DNA of 64,000 nt, taken from NCBI RefSeq assembly GCF_037042905.1, contig NC_087263.1, forward strand, positions 8,496,001 through 8,560,000, given 5' to 3'. Positions 38,584 through 53,447 of the stretch are shown here, piece after piece. Origin of the DNA: Lytechinus pictus (Eukaryota). Position numbers and translations under genes: made by a program. Numbering within the stretch: position 1 is the first letter of the stretch; the number at the start of each line of letters is the position of its first letter. The notes under the pieces were generated by a model, which was given only the letters and a program-made list of their open reading frames with translations, ran no database searches and was not told the DNA's origin.

Positions 38584-41500
38584 GGTTAATTATCTATCCC
38601 ACTTGTCTATACAATAGGCCTACACAAATAGAAGACGAAACAAAAAAGAAAACAACCCTTAATCACTCTCTTGGTTTATAACATCCAGCATTAATGAATC
38701 CTTGTATGGATTTCGGAGGCGGTTTCGCTTTGTTTTAGTTTTTCTTTTCACAAATAAATGATTTTCTCTCTCGTCATCAAAATAATCACCCACCCCTTCC
38801 TGTAGTTGCTTTCCTTTCTATAGTAATCAAATTTGCATATTGTAAGCGTTTTCTCTCCCATGCCTATGTCTTCGTTTTACTCAAAATTAAGACATAGGCC
38901 TACAGATAAGTAAGTTGAATGGGAAGTATTAATTCATTAAGTCATTAAACCCCTGATTAATTTCACACCCGTCTTGAACTTCAAAATGCCCTTTTCGGCA
39001 TTATACCATGATAACTTTGAAGGTAACTCGATAAGGTCATTGATGGGCCTCGAGATTTATCCGGATCAGTCTGTGGCTAGGCGGGACGGGTGACACTAAA
39101 AGGGGAGCTTTGATTTGTTTGAATTATCTTTCAAGATTGGAAAGGGAGAAAGGACCGAAGTGAAATTCAATATAACCTGGCGTATCAATCGAGAACTCCT
39201 CATTAATTGCCCAAAGTCGCCCCCATATCTTGTCCTCTTATTTGTTTCTCCCTCCTTTCGATTTCTACTGTCTCCATGATAAGGAATGCGCAAAGTTGAG
39301 TGACGTCGAGGTAGAAACTATAGAATGGATTATGACGATGACTATATAGCATAATAAATCGTTCTTTAAGACACAAATTATTAATTTAATGTATATAACA
39401 TTCAATGAAAACCTATGAGATAACACTTCGCTTTAAATGCAAAAATAGTCCAACGCCATTGTTGAGGTAATAGAGCAACTTATGTATCACCTGAACTTCC
39501 TTAAGCATAATAGGAATCATATTAATCTCGTTTTAACGATCTCCTTTGACTTTGCTCACACGGGAGGGCATGGACATATTATTATGCTCAACTAAAGCTT
39601 AATAATTATCATTATTTTCACATCACGGAAGCTAAGCAGTAATACTACCGCCTGGTATTATGAACAGCAAGTCGGGTATTATTTCAAATTTTAGAGATAA
39701 ATACAAACAAATATGCTAAACCGATACATTAAGGAATTTATATGAATTCGAAGTTGTTAACGAAATTAACAGACTTTTATTTAATCACTGGGGAGTCTAT
39801 TCGGTACACGTTCAACTACTTTAATGACAAGAGAGTTGCCGATTAACCATGGATAAGACTTTATGCATTTGAGACATGTAGCTGCTTTCATATTCATACT
39901 GTCTTTACCCAATGGGCCGTAAATTATGTAGACATCAATATTGCAGTAATCTTTAATCAAGTCTTGTATAGTCATGATTAATGATACTCAAAAGAGGCCC
40001 CTGCTTCAGCCTACGTGGAACATCATTACATGTATCCTTACAGTATGAACGAGCATCATTCGAGAATGTGAAACTATAATTATTGGCTATTCATGGCCGT
40101 ACCCGGCGGGGGAGGGCAGTTGCCCCCACAAAAGTTGAAACATGAACATTTTCACACTCTTCATCAAACATGTCAAAAGCGTGCACAAAATCATTCGATT
40201 TCACTTTAGAAAATGCAAAAGCGTCCCATGACATGTTCGGTCGCTTCGCCCTCTCGCTTTCGGCAGTTCGGGTTTCTTTAAAAAAATCAATCAACGCGCC
40301 CCCCCCCCTGAAAGAAATTGGATACGGCCAAACAGCGGCCTGCTGATTGTGACAAGAAACTGAACGGAAATGACTGAACATTGTGAAGGAGGGCGATGGG
40401 GGGAGGGGAGACATGACTTATTTTTCTATAAGAATTCCCGATTTTTTATTATAATGATATTTTAGGAATCATGATACATGATAGTCACAATCCACATCAC
40501 TACTATGAATAAGTTATCATAAAGCTGAATATAGTTGCAACGAATTGATGACATAGGTAATTGAGTATGACATAACTGGGGGCCAGCTGCGTCGGCACAT
40601 GCGTGGTTTAGGGGTGGTCGCATGAGGACGGGGACAGTAATATTACCTCTCATGTCGCGAGACAAATCTGAAATTAGCCTATTCAAGACATCTTCTTTCT
40701 CTCTTCAGGTAATTTTATGAGGTTGCTGATTGAATCTGACACTGAATATCGCCCATGCTTATTTACACACTGCCGTTGTCTCAGGCGGGGGCGGGTGGGG
40801 TTTAATTTGAATAAAAATAAAAATGGTAGATAGAAGTTTTTACTTTTACCGGTTCATTTAGCTGTTGCACTTAGCGCATTATATTCATGATGATGATGAT
40901 GATGATGATGATAGGTTCTTGTATAGCGCCGGTATCCGCCTAAGCTGGGCGCTCATATTCATTGTTTTTCTGTCGTTGTATCGTCATTTATCGGAAAGAT
41001 CAAGTATTATCTAGTTGTTTAATAATTTGATTAATTAATTAATTTATTTATTCGCTTATTCATTTATATATTAATTCATTGATTTCAATCATTTATTTAT
41101 TATTTTTTTTGTTTTTAGATTTTATTGTATATTTCATTGACATTCTCAAATTTATTTTGAATTACTAAACCTATATGTTTATTTTTCGTTTTCCTTTTTT
41201 TGTAGTTATCTACATGTATTTGCATATTTATATATTTATCACTCTATTCATTTATTGTTTTATTAATACTACTATTGTCATTTTTGGGAGGGGGCAGCAC
41301 CCTCATCCCTCTCATTTAGGCTACATTGCCTTTATGCCACCACATGTATGTCAGTGAACCTGACTCATGCATGTATCCATGTCATGTGGTATGATAACTG
41401 TCATTCATTCCTTAAGGGGGCCCCTTAGCCCTCTCAAGTATTTCTATCACACCACACACCCGGGGTTGTAGGGGTCCGACACCATTCACCCATATGTCAG

Positions 41501-41668
41501 TAATGCATATTACATATCTTCAGGCAATATAGGGCCGACATGACAATCAAGATATATCTCATATACAAATGAATCGGAAAATATGTCTGTTCCAGACAAT
41601 AAAAGTTTTGATTTCAATCTATAACCATTTTGTAAAGCATTTAAAATTCTGCATCAATATTTTCGTGT

Positions 41669-41855
<187 letters not shown>

Positions 41856-42990
41856 GCTAATGGTGTTTGGTGTTAGTAGCATAATACAAAACAGTAACAG
41901 AAAATGGTCAATTCAACGTACTAGTCACTATAATCAGATAATCATACATGGTGGTAGCAAGTTACGGAGTAAGAGTTGTGAAAAAAAGTTTTAAAGAGAC
42001 AGCCGTAACGTATTATTTACATGAGTAACTGCCAGCATTACTAATGGCAATTAGGGTGTAAGTACAAGCAGCGAAGCGAATTAGGTTTCATGATTAAGAC
42101 GGATTATAAAAATCTCACCCCTTCCTCTTTCGAATCTCTTGAAAGAAATCCACACCAGACTCTAATTTTGTAATTGATAGATTTTATTTCGGAAATGTGC
42201 TTAATTTAATACAATTTTGTTTCCGAGAAACTATCGTTTTCGATGAAATTCTCAGTATCATTTTATCTGTTTACTATCGATTCGGGTATCTTTTTACCGA
42301 AAAAATGATGGATAGAAATGATTGCCAAAACTCATAACATTGTTCGCTGCACTTTAAATAAGAAAACAAAAATAGGGGAGGGGGGGGGGGCTATGATTAT
42401 AATAGGTCAGTTCATTTGATCAATATGAACAATGATGTAATACTTGTAATATTTCGTATAGCAGTACTTTTCAAACTCTCAAGTTGTACTACTTGACCCT
42501 TATCCTCTTGCTTTCGTAAAATACATATTTATGATAGATTAAACTAACGAATAAGAATTAGATATCTTTCACATAAGACAATGGCAGACAGACACACGTC
42601 GTTGCCAGCAAAGTTACCAATAAATGGACATTGTAGTGTGTTTACTGTTTACCGTTTGATTTAGCGGGCTTGCCGAAATTGGTTTCGCTAATGAAATAGG
42701 TTTCCATTACTAGTAAACGACCTAGGGTAATTTGGTATCCATCCATTAATGTATTATGAGTCATGTGAGAATCTTGGCCAGATAGTATTCATCACGATCA
42801 GGTGATGACCTATCTGGCTTGCTGAAAGAAAATATTTAAATTTAGCCCGGAGCATGGAGCTACGATAATATAGTAAGGCAACAGAAATACGGTTATGTTC
42901 TAAATCACTTTTTGAGAAAGATTACTATTTTGGACTTCAAAGAAAAAAATATAACCCTTTTAACAAAAACTTTAATACAAACCATACAAA

Positions 42991-43265
42991 CACTGGCGGA
43001 AACAGGGGGGGGGGCAAAGCCGGCCCGTGCCCCCTTAAGATGCACAATTAAAATTTGTAATGTAAAAATGCAGTTAAAAGACAAGTGTGTCCCCCCTTTC
43101 GAAAGTGAAGACCTTTTTTTTTCTTTCTTTCTTTTTTGCTTGTCAATTTTTTGTGTGGACGAAACCCCCTTAATTTTTAGTTGAAACCCTTTTTTTTTCT
43201 TGCTTGTCAATTTTTTCTTAGGGAAAATGTGCCCCCCCCCTTTCGAAAAATCCTGGATGCCCCTT
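42991..43265. mobile_element. hAT-like MITE; second copy at 53926-54149
   Basis: 8-bp TSD CATACAAA (42983-90 and 43266-73); internal sequence shared with 53926-54149. Confidence 0.8.
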
Positions 43266-46200
43266 CATACAAACAATAATCTCCAAATAGCACAAATTTA
43301 AATTTTGGGCTGTATTGGGGGGGGGGGGGGGGGGCTCGAGGGTGGTCGTTGTCTTTGTTCTCCATCTACGTATACTGTAGGGCGATATCATAAAACGTAC
43401 ACAGTATTCTTTTCTTCTCCTTCATATACTGGAGGTGTATGTACATGTACCTCCACCATATTTATGTTCAAGCGAACATGCCTGTAATATTATATTAGCC
43501 CAAGACCCTTGAGGCATCCATCCCTTTTGAACATTAGCTATTCATGCAGCTACCAGCTTCCAGCTTTCTATTAATTGGATAAAACACCATTGCGATCTCA
43601 ACGCCTTCATGACCATGCCTGCGAATACCACAGCAACATATTACTGTAGAAGTCCTCATTCACTCCGACCGTTTTTACTTGTCCTATTTCAAAGAGGAGC
43701 GGGAATCTTTCCTTTTTCCGGATAAATCCAAGTCCATGGATAAAGCACAGTATTGAAGCAAAAAAAAAAAACATATAGTTCATTTAATAAAAAAATTATA
43801 ATTCAACAATTTGATATTTCCAACATCACCACAGTCATTTATTTTCAGTTTCAAGGATTATCATTTTGTTTAATTTTGTGACATCATAATTTCTCTATTT
43901 TTAGCACTTTATTATCTCATTTTTAAATCTGCGTTGGAAATTTGCCCAGATTTTTCCCTCGTGAAATTGAACATTTGATAGCTAGGCTGCGAATGCGATT
44001 GCAATCCTGGTCGGATAGGAACAATTTAATTTATAATTTTGTATACAATCATGCCGACTGGGTGCCTCGTTGTATCTAGAAGACAAACCAACTTTCCAAA
44101 TACTATTTTGGCTTTGGCTGATTTTCATAATTTGGACTAAGTGATGAGATTCTAGACAAGTGTGATTCTTTAAATTTGGTCACACCCTCACAGTTTGAAA
44201 GTTCAACTCCACCCGCAAAAAATGAATAAATGGGCCTATTTTGTATAATGTGTCAGTTTCAAACTTTATTTTATTATTTCTTACGCATACGCATACACAC
44301 TGACTCACTGACCTTATTACCAATAATTCAAAAATATTGCCTAAATCCCGCTAAGTATTTAAAGTGTAATCATTGAAAATGTCATCAAAATCAGATATAA
44401 ATGTATAGACACTTTAAAATTTACCTCATTTGAACAAATATAGTTTTATTAGAGAAATAACGGGAGAGCGAGCAAAGGGCTTCGATATTTCAATACATGT
44501 ATAACATTTGAATGATAGGGGAGGGGTGATATGCGGTGTAAGGAGGGGCTAAATGACAAAACTTCCACGGATAAAAACGATCGAAGCTATATTCAAAGCA
44601 AGGGCAGTTGAGGTCATAATATTTGATATCATCTCGTTAAATCTCCCAGCGGGGTAATTATGTAATAATGAGACGGCAAAATGAAGAAGACCCGGTAGAC
44701 TGAGAAGAAAAAAAATCGGTTTCCATCAAAGGAGTTGATTATACTAGTGAATATTCCGGAAACATAATTATCACAGCTATGCCAGGGACGCCATGAAAAC
44801 ATTTTATTATTCTTATTTTTTTATCAGAAGAGAACCTACACATAAAGTGTTGCTACAAGGGGGGGGGGGGGGGTGTGAATAAAGAGAGGTATAAGCGATT
44901 TGCCTATGTGGGATGGGGGGAAATAGAAACAGATTAAGATAATTAAGAGAGAGAGAGAGGGGTAACAAGAGAGAGGGAGGCAGACACCGAAGAGGGGTGG
45001 ATGATAAAGGAACGTTTGGGTAAGTTTGAAATTTTAATCTCATATTAGCATTTTTATTCGACACATTTCCAACGCGAATGAGTAGGTTCTGATGACGCAT
45101 AAAACATGACAACGAGAAGCCTTTCTCAAAATAGCCCTACAGCTTCGGTGACCCAAATATATCCCAACTTTACTGCCACCTTTCCAGACGTTTTTTTCTG
45201 GCTATCAAGTGTTTTTCACATCTCATTAGTGATATGGTCAGGTGGTTTTATCGGGATTTGGGAAACATTTTCAAAAAGAAATGGTAATCAAAAATTTATA
45301 AAACGAGATAAAACGAGAGTTCAAAATTAAAAGATGATGTCAAATCATACAATGACTTTGAAAGTTGGTCTAATTAAAGTCTCCTCTATCACAAGTCATG
45401 AGGCACAAAAAGAAAATATTTGTGTATGTGTGTGTGGGGGGCAGGTGTGGGAGTGTGTTGTGTCTTGAGCGTGGGCAAAGTTCTTTACACGGACATGGTG
45501 CATTGCCGGAACAGTCCTCTCCATGTATCTTTCACACGTGTTTCTAGCTGGCAAGTAGGGCCTAATTATTGAAATTAATTAATTATTTCCTTTTTCGTAA
45601 TTATGTAGATCAAGAATTATCACGGTCATTTAATTCAAATCACGCACCTTTTTATAAGGGTATACTACGATACCACATGCCCATGGAACTGTACACGTAA
45701 AGATGATAGTTACCTTTTTTCGGTAATTAGTAGTGGATTAAAGTAGAATATAAGTGATGAGGGGACGCGGGGGGGGGGGGAGACAACCAATGACGTATAA
45801 CGAGTCAACACATTTTTAGGGCATAACATGGTCCACAAAACATTTTTTTAAATAGTTTATAGTCGCGTGCGAGCAAAGCGAGCAAGAAAAATGTAAACTT
45901 TTTTTTTAATCCCAAATTTGCAACAGAATTTGATTTCATAAACATGTGTATTAATGATTAATGATATTGTACCCCTTTCCTCTTCCCATTTTCGAGAGTT
46001 GGGGGGGGGGCAACCCAACCCACCTATCAGTGAGGCACTATCCTGTCTCGGCCGTAATATTAGCAGGTGCAAAATAATTAGCAGTGGCGGGTAGTTAGGT
46101 ATGATATACGGAACTACACAGTTAGAATTGTCAGCCATGGGATCGCCTTCCCGTAAGCAATCAGCTAAATTGGCTCCGAGAGTGGGCAAGTGCACTTGGG

Positions 46201-47891
46201 AAACATGATGTTTATATTAAGGGTAGTCTCATCTTAAAGGGTGTGATGAATAGTTAGGCCTAGAATATGTGATGTGGTTCTGTGGTATAGCAATCGTCAA
46301 ATCTGGGTTCGAAACAAAGTCGATGTATTGCAATCAGGGACAGCGCTACAGGGGGGGGGGGCAGGGGATGATCGCCCCAGCCTATGCTTTTTTAAGTAGT
46401 GAAAAAATATTAAGGGTAAAAAAGGGGGGATTTCGAAGACCGTTATTTTATTATTAGTAGTGGTAAGATTTAACTGTAATGATTTACTCCGTAAAGTTAA
46501 ATGGACTACTAAGAAATGAGAGTGTGACATAAAATAAATAATAATTTCACATAAACATTATCGCATTCATATCTTTTCGAAATTGGGCATAATATTTCCT
46601 GGTAAAAAAAAATCTCGTGATTAACCAAAATGGGAAACCTTCACAACATTTACTTTCATGCCAATCATACCAAGACCTTGTTATGTATACCGATTCTATT
46701 CCATCAATTGAAAATTATAAAGCCGGCGAGAGACGATTATATAATTTATTCATTGAAATAACACTATTGTTATACAATATACATCTATTGAAAACTTGAA
46801 TTATGTTTGGACGCATTAATTTACTGAAATCAATCTACTGTGGAGAGAAAATTTGTTGACTGAACTGCCAAAATGACATTTATACTGGAATTGAAAAGCT
46901 GGTGAGGTATGATAAATGTTTCATTGCAGCATTTGTATTCAAATTAAAGAATGAGATTATTGTTAATTTGAAAGGGCATTATTTACTTTTAAAATAAACA
47001 TGATTGTATAAAAGATAAACAAACATGACAAAACGGTTATTACTGAAATGAGCATTATATTCGAAATTGAAATACCGGCAATTGTTGATCATTTTTATTT
47101 CATTGAGATGGAATAATTGAGCAATAGACCGTGACAAGCTATATTGATTTTATTTTCGCTGAATTGTCGCATGCTATTGTTGTATGTATAATTGCGAAAG
47201 TGTTACATTATAGGAATTTCTTTGTTTCTTTTCTCCAACATTCCCCGCCGAGGCGTAGTTCGGTTTATTCGACGCCTTTAGAATAAAGAGGGATACAATG
47301 GATACGTGTTTTTATTAAATAAACATTTAATTTTCACCGACGCTTTCGCAGTTCTATTTTGAGAATGCTATTAAAGAAGTAGCGTGTAAGTAAGCTTATG
47401 GTAATCTTTAGTCAAATGAGAAGTAGGCAATGCTTGAGATTTTGAAGGATTTTTTAATATATATATAGATCAATTGTTTAGTTCATGAGTATACCATAGT
47501 TTAAGATCGAAACGGAAACGACCAAACGACGGGACCGGATATTATCTGAAAATGAAATCGAAATCAACTGTCATTCATTCCATTTAAGTATGTGTATTTG
47601 ATTAATTGGCCATCAAGTCTATTTTGGGAAATTATGTACTGTATGTTAAAGACCTAGCATAAAAAAAAAAGAAGTTTTTCAATTCAGAGTGATTAGTCCA
47701 TTATCAATAACTATTCAAATCATAAACTTTATGAATAAAAAGAACTTGTGAATAAAAAAGAAGATATCCTGAAGAAGGTATCCTCTGGCATCCGCAATGG
47801 TTGGGTTTCTACTACCATACCACATTCACACTAAAGAAACCGACTCCAATCCGACCGATGGTTTGTCATTGGAAATAACGTAAATAGATCT

Positions 47892-48148
47892 GGGCCCCGT
47901 CTCACAAAGACTTACGATTGATCTGATCATCTTAAACTATTTGGAAGTTAAACATGGCATGAGTTTTTCTCCAGAAAATTTGCATGAAGTCCTTTGTAAA
48001 CAAAGAGGAGAAAGCAATGAAAGTATGATTATACATCAAATCTAGAAAATATTTAGAACAAAAATGCATTTTAGATTTTGACGTTACTGGCTTTCCATAT
48101 TTGTGGTTGATCGCCGTACAATCGTAACTCTTTGTAAAACAGGGCCCT
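47892..48148. mobile_element. MITE with GGGCCC termini
   Basis: GGGCCCCGTCTCACAAAGACTTACGATTG...CAATCGTAACTCTTTGTAAAACAGGGCCC; similar small elements at ~32708-32865 and ~53463-53738. Confidence 0.65.
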
Positions 48149-48209
48149 GGTCGATCTGATGTCGGATTTGCTGATGTGACTGGGCATTGGTTGATATACG
48201 CGGTTAGAT

Positions 48210-48237
48210 CATGGACCTATTTCGTAATAGGTCCATG
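48210..48237. mobile_element. 28-bp palindrome with 7-bp TSD (P-element-like footprint or mini-element)
   Basis: CATGGACCTAT-TTCGTA-ATAGGTCCATG flanked by GTTAGAT at 48203-09 and 48238-44. Confidence 0.75.
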
Positions 48238-48428
48238 GTTAGATAAAGATACAAACCACGAAATGTCATTATCATTTGCAGGTTACATTCCGACGTAATA
48301 AACAAAATGATGTGGAATTCGGAAGTCAGATAACTTTCACTTGGTCTGGAGTTTCAGTCACACGCCAGAGCAACGGTTAAAGAGTCAGGCAAGGATGGTT
48401 GAATGACCGTCTTGGCAGTATTGGAAAG

Positions 48429-48462
<34 letters not shown>

Positions 48463-49053
48463 GGGGGGGGGTCCAGGGTCCCCTTTCTCCCTTTTCTACG
48501 CAAGAGTATGGGTTCCATTCAAAGGAGAAATACGGGAAATTCCCTGGTTGACATGGCTGAGACGGAGGACTGGTAGACCAAAAACATTCTACACGTCCTC
48601 CTTGAATTGATTTACATTCTCACACGTGCAAGGGGAAGAGGTGGAGACGGAGGGGGGGGGGGGGGTCGGGCACATGACATATGCTGTGTTGACAAACTTA
48701 CAACCTATGACATACCGGCTGGGAATTCTATAGTACAATCGCCATCATAAAGTCATTGCCATTGCACTCGTGGCAATGATCTATGGTTTATAGACGATCG
48801 GTATAGCTTTCGCAAACTTGATGGAATCGCGAGAAGAAAAAAAGGATGAGAACAATGTTAATCATTTGAAATTAATGAGACTTTGAGAGTTAAACAAAAT
48901 ATAAACTTGGAGTTTACAACTAAATATGTTCTTGTTGTCCCTTCGGGATTTACACTTACGAGATTTCATGACACTTCATAATGGTTGCATGAGAATTCTG
49001 TTCATTAATCCAACATCCGTTCATTTCTTGTTTCTTTTCATTGATAAAATGGT

Positions 49054-49359
49054 TACACTTTGTAATTCCGAAGGTTCGTTAGTCCGAAAACAAAATAAGG
49101 TTCGTTTATCATTTCGTTTTCGGACTAATGAACCTTCGGAATTACGAACCTCATTTCGTTTTCGGATTAACGAACCTTCGGAATTACGAACCTCATTTCG
49201 TTTTCGGACTAACGAACCTTCGGCATTACGAACCTTATTTCGTTTTCGGATTAACGAACCTTCGGAATTACGAACCTTCGGAATTACGAACCTTCGGAAA
49301 TACGAACCTTCGGAATAACCGAACCTTCGGAATAACGAAGCTTCGGAATTACGAATGTA
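49054..49359. mobile_element. MITE with 37-bp and 15-bp tandem arrays of GAACCTTCGGAATTAC
   Basis: Left end GTAATTCCGAAGGTTCGTTAGTCCGAAAAC is the inverse of the arrayed unit; TACA...TGTA ends. Confidence 0.7.
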
Positions 49360-51624
49360 TGCGGATAAGGTTATTGCAACAAATTGTAGTTTTGTTTAAT
49401 TTATATTCAACATTTGTTACGAAATTTAATTGATTTGTCTGTATTATCGATTATAATTGAATATGTATTGTTACTTTGATTATATTTTGATAAAATTGTT
49501 GAACGGAAATAAAATCTAAATCTAAATCTAACCTACATTACGAATCTGACACGTTTTAGAGAAAATTGGTGTAAAATAGATCATATGGAAATGGAATGGC
49601 GGAGGTCCGCGATAATGGGGGCAGCTTTTCACCACGGTTTTGGTAAAATAAATTACGGGATGATTGTTTCCAAATATTTGTCGGTACTTACTGACTGTAT
49701 ATATACACTCCCCTCACCACTGTTTATTCAGTAGCTAAGAAAGTGTCCCTTTTCGATCCTTTGTGCAGATGGAAAAATAAATTTATTCGGAACAAATATT
49801 TACAACGTTAGGGTAATTCGTACAAGAATGCGAAGACAACGTGTATGTTTCATCAGCCTGCTTGTATAAAGTTGCGCAAGACTTGCCGATTTTACAAGGG
49901 ACTCGTGGAAAATGGGGACCTTAAAGAGTTCCTAAATCATTATCGCATTGGCGAATGTTGGAATATGCAAATTATGATTAACGCTATTATCGTTGATCAA
50001 TACACAGTTTTATCTCAAAGCAAATATTCTCTCAACAAATGAAAGGTATTTAATCTGCACTTTAAAAAAAAGAAGAGTTTACGAATAAACCAAATATAAT
50101 CCTAGTGTTATATAAATAAACAAAATGGAAACATTCACTCTAACTTGAAAATGTTTAAGTATTACAAGTTACAACACTTAACTACATCCGAAGTGTGTGC
50201 TTAACAAAGAATGATTTATATGCTTATAGTACAAGAGGATTCAAGTGCTTCAGAAAATATACGGAACGCCTACCTTTTTTTCACAAGACATTCTTTCTGT
50301 GACGTATATCGATAGTACTTAATTAGTAATTAATCTGTGGGGGGATCATTTTTAGATCTTGTCACTTATAACGAGATGGGGAAACAAAGGAAACACAAAT
50401 TCATCTTATTCATGCCATAAAGGATTTTTTTTTTCTTAACTCGACACTCGACATAAATATGATTTATTGGGCTTATAAAATTGGTATTCATTTCAATAAG
50501 CCAGTTCGTAGTTCCTTTCTGCGCATGATCAAAAGATTCTACGCATGATCAGAGGAAGGTCATTTGTACTTAAGTGACATGGTGGTTTAAAATCTAATGA
50601 GATAAGCACCAACTTTGATGTCTTGATTATTCATATATTCTTTTGACTGGTTTTCATTTACATCCACAAAAAGCAACAATGCGTCCACGAACGACTGGTA
50701 TTTCACAGTTTGCCAAGTACATTGTGCAACATTCTATGATATGCATTCAAAGTATAGGAATGCAACAAGTACCTTCATAAAGTGTTCATTGGTGTGCTAT
50801 TCTAGTCACCTGATCTATTCAATTTCTTCATCCTGCTATGTAAGGCAAGCTTAGGTAATATCTTGCTTTGAAATCTGCCTATCATAATGAAAGAAATGAA
50901 AGGTCATTTGACCAAAATTGTCCATGAAGATCTACGAACTGGTCTATTCTCATCATGCTTATTTTGTGTGGTGTGTGATATCCCAAAAACAAGCAATACT
51001 AACATATTCCATTGTGTTTTGTTGGTTTTTTTTTTTTTGTTCTAACAGACAGCAAATGTAACTGCAGTTCGTCGGCAGATTACTCAATAAAAAACGCTTT
51101 ATATAACACGGTTTACTATCTTAACTGATAAACCAACAATATTCATTTTCTAATATTAATTGGTTAAAAGTTTTTAAACTATATGTCAAGACCCTCTTTA
51201 AACTCCCGTAACAACCTTTAGTTCATTCTAGTATTAGTTTATACAAAAGTTGAATATGTTGGTTGATTTTTTCTTACTGCGTATAGACTGATTTAATCCA
51301 AACCAGACTTAATCGTTAAAATCATTTTTTAGGCCGCCATCAATTTCAAGATTAACCACTCACGATGGCGGTCTCCTTCGTTCTTAATTACATGGTTTTT
51401 TTTGGAAATATAAAGTGATATGCTCATCGTTATTTTGTATTCATTATGTACACGTATAATGACTATATAATAGTTTATATTACGGTCTAATGTGTATATT
51501 GTCTATGTAAACATATTTTGCATTGACTTATTTTGAACTCAGAAATAAACGCAGACAAACAAACAATAAATCAAACAGATTTTTTTAATGTTATATATCT
51601 ATTCCTTGTATATTTCACCATTAG

Positions 51625-51883
51625 ATCACTAGCATATTTTAAAACCGTCCGGATTCTTCTTCCGCCATCTTGGATGAACGGGACAGACGTTGCCATGGCA
51701 ACGTGGGAGAGATACGAAAACAGTGACATCAGAATAGCGCCAGCCAATGAAAACTTTCCATACACCGAAAAGTTCACAGGGTGCGGTTTACCCGGGAGAT
51801 ACATCAGCTTGACACCCGGTTACATAAGTAACCGGAAAGTAGGATCAAATGCTCTTCATAATATATATGGGACGCCCAATAAG
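51625..51883 (+). CDS. CLCA-family gene, shared exon 2 (SLAYFKTVRILLPPSW...PYTEKFTGCGLPGRYISLTP...YGTPNK)
   Basis: TTTCACCATTAG acceptor, phase 2; AAG|GTAGGT donor, phase 0; CLCA motifs YFK.V.IL.P.W and PYT....CG..G.YI.LTP. Confidence 0.92.
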
Positions 51884-52504
51884 GTAGGTGAAATTATGTT
51901 GTTTATGTGGAATGTTATTCGGGGGGGGGGGTGCAGTGTAGTATGTTAACATTTAATATTTACATCACAATAATAAGGCAGCTGCAAAGTTCCCTAGACT
52001 TGATAGATTGAAATTAAAATAAAAGAGTTGAATTATTTCGAATTTATTTTTTCCTCGAATAATATACATCTTTATCGTGGGCTGTATACAGATTTCTAAA
52101 ACAGGATATTCCTAAATTATTTACTCTGAACATTTTTTTTTAATCCACATGGATGATGATGGTAATGATTCAATTACTTCACCTGAAAAAAAATCAGCCC
52201 CCCCCCCCTCCTCAGAAATTTTCAAAATGTATTTTTCTTATGCCAATGTTCCATTTAATCAGCGCTGGAAATTGTACAACACAACATATCCTTCAATCTC
52301 ATTTTGAAAATACAATCAAGTACACCATCAAAATCATGTCGACTGCTTCGCTCTCTCGCCTGTATTCTCTTGCAAATTTTCGTAGTAGTCCCCGACCCGA
52401 CTGTGTACGGCCCTTGATTTCTTTAATATCAGAAAAGGCGAATTTTACCATCGATATCTCGTATTGATAATGAAATAAAGTAAAGTGCTAAGAAATAAAT
52501 GTAA

Positions 52505-52700
52505 CCATTATTATTACTGTCGTCATTATTATCATTTAAAAAAATCATCATTATTATCAATATCATTATTATCATTCTATTTATTATTATTATTAGTATT
52601 AGTATTATTAGTATTGTTATTGTTATTATCATTATTATTATTATTATCATCATCATCATTATTATTATTATCATTATCATCACTAATATTATCGTTACTC
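52505..52700. repeat. (ATT/ATC)n microsatellite
   Basis: Direct reading. Confidence 0.85.
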
Positions 52701-52969
52701 GTATCTTCTCTCATAATTCTCATAAAGTATTTTGTATTTCTTTGAAGTATTTTATAAACGCCACAATCAGCCCTTGTTTCGGCGTCTTGAATAACATGCT
52801 TTTACAGTTACACCAACGAAACCGACTCCGTCATTGGAAATAATGTAAAAGTCGCTTAGTCTGCAGGCACAGACCCTGTTAAAAAGTTTTATTAACCAGT
52901 GGGCCTTGACACAAGACTAGCATAAATGCTAATTGGAGGTTCTGTCCACAGGCAAGTCAGTGCCATGCA

Positions 52970-53185
52970 CACAGTAAAAAAATAGCACGTTGTTTAAGCG
53001 TGTCACTCTAACAACAGGTTGTTTAAGCTTTTTTGTAATTGTTTAAACTTTTCAAACAACTTGTTTAAAAAGTTTAAACAGCTGTTTAAACAGTTTAAAC
53101 AGCTGTTTAAAAAGTTTAAACAGTAGTTGTCAGAGTGACAGGCTTATACAACGTGCTTAAAATTTTAAACAACGTTTTTACAGTG
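52970..53185. mobile_element. CMC/EnSpm-like MITE
   Basis: CA|CACAGTAAAAA...TTTTTACAGTG|CA; internal TGTTTAAAC repeats in both orientations; 2-bp TSD CA. Confidence 0.75.
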
Positions 53186-53320
53186 CAGGGACTTTAACAT
53201 GTTTAAGTTGCATATTCAGACCACTTCTTTCAAGGATCTGCACAGATAAAATATATTTACAGATTAAATATGAAATGCTCTTTTTTTTCGTAACCTCTCA
53301 TGTCTGTCTTATTTTCATAG

Positions 53321-53447
53321 GTGATAGTACACGAATGGGGTCACTTCAGATGGGGCTTATTCGACGAGTATCCTCGCTATAACAGCTTCTACTACGATGT
53401 AGATGCCAAAAGAGTTGAAGCAACAAGATGTGTACTATCAATTCCAG
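53321..53447 (+). CDS. CLCA-family gene, exon 3, zinc-metalloprotease active site (VIVHEWGHFRWGLFDEYP...EATRCVLSIP)
   Basis: TTTTCATAG acceptor, CAG|GTAAGT donor, phase 0->1; HExxH motif in the CLCA context HEW.H.RWG.FDEY. Confidence 0.95.
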
